DNA of 39,701 nt, taken from NCBI GenBank assembly GCA_026025075.1, contig JAPEUI010000137.1, positions 1 to 39,701 of the forward strand, given 5' to 3'. A program made the position numbers and the translations under genes. Every line of letters starts with the position of its first letter. The stretch's first letter is position 1. Source of the DNA: Vezdaea acicularis. Taxonomy: Eukaryota. The notes under the pieces were generated by a model that saw only the letters and a program-made list of their open reading frames with translations, did no database searches and was not told the origin of the DNA. Of the stretch, positions 12,073 through 23,203 are shown piece by piece.

Positions 12073-13977
12073 ATGAGGGAAGTCAACTTTAGCATCCCGA
12101 ACCTCAACAAGGCGTCGGTGGGCATCACTACCGCCCTTTACGATCGAAGAGCTCTTGATTGCACATCTACCTTACCTCTCATCAACTCTCTCAACCACCT
12201 TGCATACCTTACAACATCCTCGGCACGGATTCGTGATATCTTAACTATCGATGGCGGAGTTGAGAGACTCGTTTGCATCCTCAAGGCGGGCCGGAGCACT
12301 AACATGATGGACATGTGGAAGTGGAACCTTGCTTTCCAATGCGTCGTCAATATTGGAGTCCGCGGGTCCGAGAACGTGAGGACAAGAGTCGTCGAAGCGG
12401 ATATGGTTCCTGTCATCGCTACCATCCTCGACAATTACATCAAGGTGCTCGAGAAATGCCGAGAGAGAAATGCTGAAGCGGAAGCTGAGGCGAGACGGAA
12501 TGCCCATCGGACAACAGCTGGCACGAGGCAACAGACGATTCGACCACGTGAGGTCATGGCTAATCCTTCGTTCCTCACCCGGTCAGAAAGACCTCCGCCC
12601 GAGCAAAGAAGTACCAGGCGCTCAGCTCCCCCATCAATCGCGATTCCAGCGGCATTTTCTCAAGACCAACCACAATCAGCAGGTGCGGATCCAGATGCGA
12701 TGGATGTGACGCCTACAGCGCCTCAGTTCGCTGTTACCTCGCCCCCTGAGCGGACGACCTTTGCTATCCCGCCCCCTCCTCCACCGCACCACCACCACCG
12801 TCATCACCATCATCGTAGCCATGATAGCAGGCAGAACTTTCAGCTTTTCGAGACTGCCCTTCAGAATGGCAACGCGAATAGACAACTTCCAATGCAACCA
12901 CTTCAGACAGCCGTACCTTCGATGGATATGGCGGATGGTTTTGGTATCAGGCCTGTGCGTGACATCGACCGTCTCCCTTCTATGGTTCCTGGTTTCCAGT
13001 CGGGTATCACTTCACAACCAGAGTCGCCAACAACACCGACACCTCCTGTTGCCAACACACAACCGGCTTCAGCAGGTAGATCTCGACGCAGGCCGTCTAT
13101 TCGCCATCAGCGATCCATGTCTGGGGCATCTGATGATGCTAATGCGGACGAGCTAGCCTCGGACGAGTCAGCTGGCCCTGAGAACGCACCCGAGCCAGTC
13201 GTTGACATTCAAACTGGAGTTGAATTACAGGATATCGAAGGAGAGACTATGCTCACCGAAGTTGAGACGACGCTAGGCCTGGCAGATCAGAATGCCTCGG
13301 ACGGCCAGGACGCAGATACTTTGAACATTACCCATCGTTCAGTGAACGGAAGCATCTTGAATACCCCTACTCCCACGAACGCCACCATCGCACTCTCGCC
13401 CGCACAACGAACAGCTAATCCCGCACCTGCTACCATCCCATCAGAATTTTATCCTCGACATCTACGTGGCCGGCCAGTTCCCAATGCGCTACTTGTCGCT
13501 GTCCCACGTGAGGAAGACGTGTTGATGTCATTGCAGCTTCTTGCATATGTCTCCAAGTATTGTAACCTTCGCACATACTTCCAAAATTCTCACCTTGTGC
13601 CGAAGCTTGCCGTTGGCAACGAGCTTAGCGTCTTTGACGAAGACTATACCCCGGGCCACTCATGCGCCACGCAGGACGAAGAGGAGGAATATCTCGTTCC
13701 GGATGACTTCAATATCTTCCCATTGGTAGAAAAATTCACGGTGCGACATCATCCTCACGATATGAAGTACTGGGCTGGTGTTGTAATGAGGAATCTTTGT
13801 CGAAAGGACGATGCCCGAGGAGGCATCCGTCAGTGCGCCTACTATCAATGTGGCAAATGGGAAGAGTTTACTCGGCAGTTCGCCAAATGCCGACGCTGCC
13901 GACGGACAAAATACTGTAGCAAAGAGTGTCAAAAAAGTGCGTGGGTTTACCACCGTCATTGGTGTGTAATCGCCTAG
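12073..13977 (+). CDS. samB: MYND-type zinc finger protein SamB/Mub1, 634 aa, single coding exon
   Basis: N-terminus MREVNFSIPN...ITTALYDRRALDCTSTLPLINSLNHLAYLTTSS, AFQCVVNIGVRGSE; REEDVLMSLQLLAYVSKY; C-terminal MYND CAYYQCGKWE...FAKCRRCRRTKYCSKECQKSAW..HRHWC. Confidence 0.95.
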   Translation: MREVNFSIPNLNKASVGITTALYDRRALDCTSTLPLINSLNHLAYLTTSSARIRDILTIDGGVERLVCILKAGRSTNMMDMWKWNLAFQCVVNIGVRGSENVRTRVVEADMVPVIATILDNYIKVLEKCRERNAEAEAEARRNAHRTTAGTRQQTIRPREVMANPSFLTRSERPPPEQRSTRRSAPPSIAIPAAFSQDQPQSAGADPDAMDVTPTAPQFAVTSPPERTTFAIPPPPPPHHHHRHHHHRSHDSRQNFQLFETALQNGNANRQLPMQPLQTAVPSMDMADGFGIRPVRDIDRLPSMVPGFQSGITSQPESPTTPTPPVANTQPASAGRSRRRPSIRHQRSMSGASDDANADELASDESAGPENAPEPVVDIQTGVELQDIEGETMLTEVETTLGLADQNASDGQDADTLNITHRSVNGSILNTPTPTNATIALSPAQRTANPAPATIPSEFYPRHLRGRPVPNALLVAVPREEDVLMSLQLLAYVSKYCNLRTYFQNSHLVPKLAVGNELSVFDEDYTPGHSCATQDEEEEYLVPDDFNIFPLVEKFTVRHHPHDMKYWAGVVMRNLCRKDDARGGIRQCAYYQCGKWEEFTRQFAKCRRCRRTKYCSKECQKSAWVYHRHWCVIA

Positions 13978-15503
13978 GGAGGAATGAGCGCATGGGAATT
14001 TTGGTCATCAACTTCACCGGCTCTACGCTTGTTATGCTCGCCCTTGAATAAAAAAACGGTGAACCGGCGTAGGTGTTACACGGACGGGTCTTGGGTTTTG
14101 ATTGAACGACTTTCACATTGACCGAATCGAATCTACGAACCGCTTTATTACCTGGCCGTCATCTTTTCATTTTCGGCGTTTTCTTGAATTCTTTTCTTCC
14201 CTTGCATTACAGCACCAGCATTAGCGATTGTACCGTCTACTCGCATGGCCTCTGCGAGACCTTCCCTTTGTCTTAATGCATATCAGCTCCAACGACCTTT
14301 TCCTATATCGATACCAAAGGGTGGGAGAGTGAGACGGCCTAACAGAAGATAGCTGGGTGACATGGGGGTTCGAATCTAACCGCTCTGCATCAAGCTGGCG
14401 GTTGAATAGGGGTCGGACTGGAGCCACACATGAATATGGGGTCTCGATGTGACGACTGTATCGTATGCGGACCCACCCTCTGTAGCTGCTAATAAATTGA
14501 GCATTACACTACTTGATTGCGGCCCCTGTCCCTTGCCTGCTTTTTGTCAAAGTGAAGTGGTACCTGTGTCACGGGAAATGAGGTTCGCCCTTCCTACGGA
14601 ATGTAGTGGGGCGAGGTTAATCGTCCAGGACAAGCCCAATAACTCCGGAGCGTGGGTCCGCAGGGTCACTAGAACGGCGCACGGCCTCTACAGCAGGTCG
14701 AACAGGCCAAGCCCTCGTTCTCCACCATATCGAACGCAACAACGAGGGGAAAACGTGGCCAGCAGGCATCGCCCCTGCGCGTTGCTTACACCCGCGTTTT
14801 GCCGGTGAACGAGAAAGCGAGAGATGGCGTTCTCGCACGGTGGCAATGAGAAGTGCGCTGGATGGCTAATAATGGACGTTCTACACATGAGACTGTAGGG
14901 AATAGGCTGAAGTGCATAGTGCATCCAACATCAAGAGAGTTCGGCTGTGGTTATGACGTCTCGCCCATACTTCCAATTCCTAAGCCGTCGTCCCTCCAAC
15001 CTTCGAATACGAGGCCGACACGCTTGTAAGGGAAAATGGTGACTCTTAATCTTCGGACTTCCTCCTAGACAGACCTTGTTCCAATCACGCTCTCCCCCAA
15101 AAGACTTTCTCGGTGATCGCCACGGATCGACAGTCTCAGGCCGTACCACGAGCTGGCTTCCTTCACTCCTCGAATGAGTGGTGCGCCCACCTGCCCTTTT
15201 CGCTTCTCCTTACGTGGGCAAAGAAGCGAGCGAGCTTGCAACTGAAACCGTCCGAGCGTGACTCTGCGACGGCACCTCAAACAACCTCTGTTCCTCCGTC
15301 TCGCCAGAAAAAGCCGGCCGATCTACCACCACCGCCCTCCAATATCGCGCACGCACATCACTTCACCCCAAACGGAAAAATTCTTCGCGCACACGTTTAG
15401 AAACGCCACGTTGGCGCCCGCTCTGCTCTTTCCCTCCCTCATCCCTGCCTCCACGTGTGTTTCCGCCGCCGCCGGGCAATCAATCAGCCCCCAGTCGCAA
15501 CCA

Positions 15504-15563
15504 GTAAGTGACCGGCCTTATGACTACAAGGCTCGAAGGATTTTGACACTCCGAGTAACGCAG
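15504..15563 (+). other. Candidate intron in an AUG-free leader or ncRNA upstream of the phosducin-like gene
   Basis: GTAAGT donor at 15504, TTTGAC branch-like at 15542-15547, CAG at 15561-15563 (60 nt). It contains the only ATG between 15180 and 16077. Confidence 0.45.
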
Positions 15564-16077
15564 GGCAGTCGCATTAAAAAGCGCGCAGCAAACAGACCGC
15601 TTGTTGGAGCGGGGACCCGAATATAGCAGGGCTGGCCTCAGCTTTCGCTGGGCTTAGACTGGCTCGGGGCCAATTTTGGGGGGACTGCGCTACCGGGCTG
15701 AGGATTTGGGATTAGTTTCAGGGCCCAGCAACGCATTGTCCGTGGGTTTGTGCGTGGGGACGTAGAGAGGGTATAAGACCGGGGCGTTACCGTCCACTCC
15801 GGAGGTGGGACAGAGAGACGCATACGACAAGTCGCAGTGCATAAGACACTGAATCAGATCGACTGAGCTTGTCTTGATTCGGGTTCATCATTCACGCACT
15901 CACCAGCGCCTGTCTTGATCGACATACCCTTCTCTCCTTTAAAACCACTACGACTTCCTTTGAGCACACCTATAAGCCACACAACCGCCGGACTCACCTC
16001 ATCCTAATCTTAAACACATCCTCTCCGACTCAACGAACATCTCTGATTTATCGAAATCAACAATAACAGCTTGCAGT

Positions 16078-16899
16078 ATGGCCACTGCCGCTGCGGAGGA
16101 GTTCGCTGCCCTTTCAAACTCCGCCCCTTCCTTCCGCCGCCGCCAACATCCCGCCGACACTCCCTCTCCGCCCTCCACTCCATCACGCTCTCCCTCCCCG
16201 CCCAACCATTACATCCACAACCCTCACCCCGCCTCCTCAACCTACACTCTCCCCCGCTACACCTCCACCAGCACCTCCTCAACAACGCACACCGGCCCCA
16301 AAGGCGTCCTTGCCGATGCCGCCTCCTTCTTCCTCGCCTCGCGATCCCGCAAGAACCTCGCTTCATCCATAACCACCCACCCCACCTCTTCCCGCAACAT
16401 CCACGAAAAAAACCTCACCCCTCCCCAAACCGGCTCCTGCCCCACCTCCTCCGATGAAGACGACGAAGAATTCATGGCCGCCTGGCGCACCACCCGCCTC
16501 GCCGAGCTCTCCCACCCACGCCCTCCCCCATCCCGCCGCCGCTCCCCTACCCCCCCGACCTTCACTGGCCAACTAACCCCCGTCTCCGCCTCCGGCTACC
16601 TCGACGCCATCGAGCACGCCCTCCCCTCCACCCTCATCCTCGTCTACATCTCCGACTGCACCAGCGAGGTCAGCGCCGAGGTCGAAGAGTGGGTCGTCGA
16701 GCTCGCCCGGAAGTACACCGGCGCCAAATGGGTCAAGCTCGAAGTCGACGAGGCCGAGATGGAAGCCGAAGGCGTCCCCGCCCTGCTGGCATACAAAGCC
16801 AGCGAGCTCACATGGAGCGCTGTCCCCCTGCTCGATGTGTGTGGCGAGGGCGGCCCCGAGGGACTTGAGGCTGGGATGAGGACGGCTGGCGTGCTGTGA
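16078..16899 (+). CDS. phnA: Phosducin-like protein (PhLP1 class; G-beta-gamma assembly chaperone, PhnA/BDM-1-like), 273 aa
   Basis: TGPKGVLADA matches the phosducin TGPKGVxxD motif; acidic SSDEDDEEFMAAWRTTRLAEL; C-terminal thioredoxin-like fold (GYLDAIE, LVYISD, VPALLAYK). Confidence 0.88.
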   Translation: MATAAAEEFAALSNSAPSFRRRQHPADTPSPPSTPSRSPSPPNHYIHNPHPASSTYTLPRYTSTSTSSTTHTGPKGVLADAASFFLASRSRKNLASSITTHPTSSRNIHEKNLTPPQTGSCPTSSDEDDEEFMAAWRTTRLAELSHPRPPPSRRRSPTPPTFTGQLTPVSASGYLDAIEHALPSTLILVYISDCTSEVSAEVEEWVVELARKYTGAKWVKLEVDEAEMEAEGVPALLAYKASELTWSAVPLLDVCGEGGPEGLEAGMRTAGVL

Positions 16900-18061
16900 G
16901 GAAGAGTGTGGAGCGATCGAAGGGAGTAGCTGCGGAGGACCTCCGCATGCACGGCCGAGAGAGGGGGTAAATTGCTTACTTGGACGCCCTTGGAAATCTT
17001 TCTGGTAAAGCGGGAAAGGGGGGTTTTAATAGCGTGACGGGCGCCGGCGTTGCCTCTTGTCTCCTGGCGGGACTTGGGATGGGACTGCTTCCAGTGGCTG
17101 GAAGACGTTGCTCGTATGGTAAGGTACTTGGCTCGTATATCTATCTACACCCTCGGGACTGGGCGGGATTGGGGAATGGCTGCAATGGCGTTTCTTGGCT
17201 TAGTTTAGTGTAATAGCAATATAAACTCCCTCTGTTCCTCAATGATTCCTAGTATTCCTTCTTTTAGATATCTTTATTAATCTACTAAGGTATCTCTACT
17301 ATTTATTATATCTGCTACTGTACATTATATCCACTCCTTCTCAATACGTCGACTACACCCCAAGATTTAATATTCAATAATGCAGTAAACCCTTGGCACC
17401 GCAATCGATGTACATATGATGGCAATCTAGTGCAGAGTAGCCGTCTCGGAAAGCTCATGGAATATATCAATATCCTTGATGCATTGGCTGCGGAAGAGTG
17501 ATTAAATGTTACCATGATTGTCACGGTACAAACACAAGAGGCTTGACGCTTAAGCGGTTGCTCCGTCTACAAGTATTCTAAACTAAAGAAGAAAGAGGGA
17601 AGAGAATTGTGTACTACAAGAAGATTGTATACTGTGTTCGCTCCAGTCTACAAGTCTCCGCCGCTGTGTTGAAGTGTTTGTGTTCTGTGTTGATCACGTG
17701 TACCATGTCACATATTGTATACCATCTAATAGTTCCATAGGCATTAAGCAAAACCATGAAAAAAATTGAAGGTGTTTCCGATAGACTTAGGTACGGAGAT
17801 GTTGGATTCATATTGATTGGAGTTGGGCATGTCGATCATGCGCCTGTGGAAGTCCCTCGCGTAAGGTTAATACGCTAGCGGGACCTAAGATTTATAGGCG
17901 ACGCAGGGTTTAAAGTCTCGGCTTTGAGCGAGAACAAAGCGGCTTGTATTCTTGCAAGCTCATTCTAGGTCTGGTAAAGGTGAGACGAGAAAGACGCAAA
18001 GACGTTCACGACAAAGCCCGACCCCCGCATTCCAATCTTTACCCAGAGTTCCCCTCAAATC

Positions 18062-20550
18062 ATGACAAGTAAGTTCGCTTAGAGCCATCATGAAAGATAT
18101 TGGCTAATTAGCTACAGTCAGCGCTTTGGACAACTGGATCGGGAACAGGACCGATTCACTCCCGCTTGTTGCATTGAAAGATGCCGTTCTTGGGATTTCA
18201 GCTTCTCATTACTTGGAGCGTCAATTAACAACACCAAAATGCAAAGAGAAGCTACTTTCCGCTCACGGCGGGGCACCGTTGGGGCTGAGGCAGCGTTTCG
18301 AAGCCGATCTGGACATCCTGCAAGAAGCAGGGATCACTCCGTTCTTTGTCTTTAGTGGTATGGATGTAAAGGTTAAGGATACAGGTTCTAGGGGTTGGGA
18401 AGACCGAGTCGCTGCCAACACCTTGGCTTGGAACTATTATGACGGGCAACGAGCGCCAGAATCTGTGGAGGAGTTTGGAAATTCAAGTTCGTTGTATGCC
18501 CAAAGATGTGAAATTTTCTTGGTAACAAGGGATAGATTCCGTCAAGCCAGAGCAACTTTTCAGAGTTTTCCAAAAAATATTACAATCTAACAACATTGGG
18601 TTCATTGTAGCGCCTTACGCGGCCGAGGCTCAGGTGAGCTAGCAAGCGTTACACTTAACATCGAACAATTGCTGACAGTTGTCAGCTTTCATATTTTGCC
18701 AATATGTCTAAACCCATGGTTGACGCAGTCTATGCTTCGACTGAGGCTTTGTTATACGATATCGACAAAGTTATTGTAAAATTCGACTTCGAATCCCCAC
18801 CCTCTGCTCCTAGGTTCTCTTGGCTCAGTAAACAGGGGCTCTTAGAGCAGCTAAACATCCCTTCAGCTGATCTCTTTGTGGATGCTTGCTTGCTTTCAGG
18901 TACATCCTTCTTGCCGACATTTCCTCCTTTGGAGAACCTCAGACATCAGCGAAAGCCTTTTACTATTCGGGACACCACTCAGATGATGAACAACTTTGGC
19001 CGTAGCGTCTCTGGCGTCTGCAATCACTATCAAGATGATAGCCAGGTCCAGCAGCTAGATTACTTGGACCGGTATCGTCGCGCAAAAATGTCTGTTAAAC
19101 ACCACGTGGTCTTCACCGAAGCGGGGACTGTGGAGCCGCTAGAGCTTGATAAATCATCATCTGATGTCCACGATTTCATTGGCCCTCGTTTCCCAGAAGA
19201 ATTATACTTTTATCTTTCGAAAGGAGTTATCGGTCCAAGAGTTCTGAATTGGCTTGCTAATGGTCAATTCCTGGAGACTCCGCCCCTTGATAATGGGGAG
19301 TCGGAGGACTACAGACGTCTAGTTAGCGAGCAGCTGACTCCTCTACGGACGACCACCCTCTCACTTCTTACCCAACCGTTGCATCGGTATTATCAATCGA
19401 AAGATAGGAATGTTACAGTAAACTTCTGGTTCAACTCGAACTTCAAGAAGGTGCTGAACCACGCGAACATGAGTCCTGCACCCGCTTCCCTAGTAAACGC
19501 ATGGCACGTTAGGGAGAGTGATCTCGAGGTTCAAAAGTCCAGGGTCAAGGTTGGTCGCGGTTGATAGAGATCTGGAGGGCTTGATTAAAGAAGCTGACTA
19601 CCTGACAGGCACTGCCCGGATCGTTCTTGTTTGCCGTGGCTTCGCTGACCTATAATGAATTTCCTCCAACGACGATCACTAAGCGAGACAACAAACAACC
19701 CCTGACCACCAAAGACGAAATTCTCTGCAACACCATGTGGCGCTTCCTCCAAATCCGAGGCTACATTGCCGAAGACCACAGCCTGACAGCTTGGGGCAAA
19801 GCTCTCTTCCAAGGTCTCTCCTCCATAGACCCGGCCGACGAGCTAGAAGAAGCCGTTTTCCTCGCTATCGAGCTCCTTCGTCTCGACCTCGTTAACAGCA
19901 AAGACATGTTCCCGCACTACTCGGGCAGCCCTGCATGGGGCTCTGGTAAGCAAAACCCTCCCTATTCTTCACCTCACCGATCTGCATCCCGTGCATCCCC
20001 CCCAACTCCGCTAAACCCTAACACTCCCCACCCCACAGACCTCGACAAAGCGAACTGCCTCCTCATCTCCCGCCTCGCCACCCTCTCGACCCTCCACCAC
20101 CAACCCACCGGCTTCCACGGCCCCCTCTCCCGCTCCATCCTCGCCTACCACTGCATGATCTCCTCCCTCACCTCCACCCTGCGCGACATGCTCGAAGTCC
20201 TCCTCACCGCCCTCTTCCTCAACGGCGACGCCGCCCGCGACCGCCCCGACTACCTCGCCCTCTCCCTCGCCCTCCCCTTCCTCGATACCCCCCACGCCGG
20301 CCTCGGCATCGCCGTTAAGCACTACCTCGATGACCTCGCCATGAACGACGACCCCACCGCCGATGCCACCAAAGAGGACACTAAACGCTCCTGCGAGGGC
20401 TGGTTCCGTGAGGCTGGCCACTTCCGCGCCGATCTCGAGCGCGCCTGGGCGCTGGTCGCTGCCGTGGAGAGTATGAGTCGCTGCGCGAGGAGCGAGGGAC
20501 TGCCGTGCGCGGAGGTGAGTGTGGCTGGGTGGCTGGAGGGGAGGAAGTAG
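18062..20550 (+). CDS. MKT1: Post-transcriptional regulator MKT1 (XPG/PIN-like N-terminus plus MKT1 N/C domains), 728 aa, 6 exons
   Basis: Exons 18062-18068, 18118-18486, 18536-18633, 18686-19549, 19609-19945, 20039-20550 (2187 nt). Motifs: LGISASHYL, LLSAHGGAP, PFFVFSG, FIVAPYAAEAQLSY, DACLLSGTSFLPTFP, FLQIRGYI..DHSLTAWG, GPLSRSILAY, GLGIAVKHYLD. Confidence 0.9.
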
Positions 20551-20832
20551 ATGGGTGAGAAGCTGGTTTTTGCTGCGAGCACCCCACCTGATGGGGACTC
20601 TGGCTGCAGATTCTGGCGTTGCGGCGGCGACACGCACCCTCTAGCTATAGTGGTCTCGCTAGCTCAGTAAAATATATATACCCACATACGGACCTGTCTC
20701 CAAAACAAGCGCTCGATGCCCGGTCTTCCATACCCTCGCAACCCCACACCGCCCAACCAGACATGACACAAGCCTATGCATACCCACCACCCCCCTTTTC
20801 TCTTAATCCCCCACCACCATCCCCATCCCCAC

Positions 20833-23203
20833 TCACCAGCGGGGCACAACCACCATCCTCCCCGCCAGTGCCCCCATGCCAAACGCCTCCCTCCTAACCT
20901 TCTCCTCCCTCTCCCTCCTCCCCGCCCCTTCCTCCCTCGCAGGCGGGGGCCGTTCCACGACGACGACTTCCTGCAGAAAACTGTGCTGCGCGCCCATTTT
21001 CACCTCGAAGCCCTGTGGACGGGGTTTTCTTCCTTTTCGCCTGCTCGTATGCTCGGTGGTGTTGGCGTTGTTGTTGGTGGTGGGTATGGGGAGAGGAGGG
21101 GAAGGAGGTAAACCCCATGTGAGGCTCGTGCGGCCGGAGCGGTGGACGGCGAGGATGCCGACTTGGCCGGGGGGGAAGGAGCGGGAGGTTTGCGGGAGGG
21201 GAGGGGGGTGGGGTTCAGGTTCTTTCTCGGGGATTTCGTCGTCGACTGTGGCTTTCCGCTTGCCTGCCGCGCTGCCGGCTCCGCTTTGTGCCTGGGCGGG
21301 ATCGATATCCATTCTATCCGACACACCCTCCTCCTCTTCATCATCATGATCATGCCCGTCACCTCCCTCCTCCAACTTGACAGGATCCACCAGCGCCGGC
21401 ATGACGGGCGGAAACTGCCACACAGTCACCCTGTCCTGCCTGAGCAAGGCCTTCCGTCCCGGCCCCTGCTCCCCATCCAGTCCCTGCATCTTCTCCCACT
21501 CAACCACCATCTCGCCGCCGACTTTCTCGCCGCTTGCCTCTCGCGCCTCGAGGTGCCGCTGCGCCCTGGCCGCGCGCCGCTCGTCGAAGAGGTTGTGGGC
21601 GTCGCGCCCGCTCTTGTGCACGAGTAGCTTGTACAGCTTTTCGAGGTCGAGCGACTCTTCTTTCCACTCGCGTGCGGAGATCGGGCTGAGGCTCTCTGGG
21701 GGCGAAGACGGCCGCGGATGTAAAGTATCGGCTTTAGCGCGCCGGTGCGGTGTTGGTTTGCTCTGTTCGGGGCTGGAGGGAGGTTTGATAGGGGTTTCAG
21801 GCACGGGCGTGGTTGTTGAAGAACGGGGGAGGCCGTCGTACCTCATCAGCTCGGCAGCGGGAATGTTTGAGCCCGGCGGTTCTGGCTTGACGTGCGCGTT
21901 GTTAGACGATGATTGGGGCACGACTGAGGTGGTGTCGTCGATGGTGTCGTCAATTTCGTCAACTTCGTCGTTGGAGCCAATAACCAGAGGGTTGGTTTCA
22001 CTGTTCTGGCGCTTTTCCCCTGGCTTGGAAAGGGCGGCGTCTCTTTTCGAGCGGGCACTGGTATGCGTGTCGATGTCGGCGTCGGTGTAGATTCGTTTCG
22101 AGCGCTCTTCGTGTGGCATTCGAACGACCCTCACTGGCTTTGCCTCTGAAGCGGACGCAGTGACAAGCTTGACCTTCCTGTCCTCTTTTCCACGCCGCCT
22201 TCTAGGCACAGCACCGACGGGTCCCTCGTCGCTTTCCATCTCATCTTCTTCCTCTTCCTCTCCGCTCTCGGAACCATCCAGCGATACGAGGTCGATGAAC
22301 GCTATATCCGTTCTCTTACCCTCAAGAGCCGTCTCCTCGTCTTCTGAGCTAGAAGAAAGGGAGTGAATGTCATTAGCTGAGAGATCCTTCTCGGACTTGA
22401 TCTTAGCGCCATCTTTGCCGGTTTGCTTGGATGCGCTGCGTGTAGATTCCCGACGTGCATTGGCAAGATCGAAACGGCTGCTAATCGATGCCCTGGGAAT
22501 CCCCGTACCGCGCTGGCGGGCTCGCCCAGCTACCTCGAGTCAGCTCCTAACGTTATGAATTAGAGGGGCGAGGAGTTCAGTATAATGCAAACTCACCACC
22601 GCCACTACTCCCTAGCCCGAATGCCCCCGACGCCCCAACAACGCTTGCTCCAAACCCTCTCCCCCTACCCCTCGTAGGCCCCTCGCCCCTCACCCGAACT
22701 TCGCCTCTTCCCCTCCCTTCTCTACTGCCAAGATCTCCTCCCCCTCTCCCACCTTGTTCCATCCTTTCCTGCTCAGCTCTAGCCCTCATCCTATCCTGCT
22801 CTTCCCTCTCAAACCTCTCCCGCTCCTGCGGAGAGCGCCGTATGATTTTCGGCATCACTTTCAGGGGCTTCTTCTCTCCTGAACCGGCGGGGGGCAAGCT
22901 CGAGCTGGGCGCGCGGCGGAGTGAGTCAAGGCGAGTGTTCGAGGGACGTTTGGTGAGGGGTGGTGCCGCGGGAGGTTGCATACTGGATGTGCTTGCTGGT
23001 GCAGTCGGTATAGACGCTGTAATTGAAGCTTGGTTTGCCTCGAACGGGGCAGCAGGCGCATCTGCCATGGCGGTGTCTCCTTGAGAAGTGGCCGTGCCAT
23101 CTTGTGTAGCTTCTGCCCCTCCCTCGGCGGGGTGGTTATCCGCCACATTGTTGCTTCTCGTAGCACGCCGCGAAGACGCCCGCACACCTGCTTTTGGCGG
23201 CAT
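20833..23203 (-). CDS. RPC53: RNA polymerase III subunit RPC4/RPC53, 767 aa, 2 exons
   Basis: Exons 23203-22597 and 22529-20833 (2304 nt; intron GTGAGT..GCTGAC..TAG). N-terminal LKVMPKIIRRSPQER; QFPPVMP; C-terminal RPC4 domain GQVGILAVHRSGRTSLTWG..FEVKMG..SFLQEVV..MGALAGRMVVVPRW. Confidence 0.85.

Noticed and set aside
14325..14387. tRNA-like GGTTCGAATCT B-box (14367-14377)
   Set aside because: The T-stem has two mismatches, there is no D or anticodon arm, and the span is too short. At most an isolated TFIIIC-like motif.
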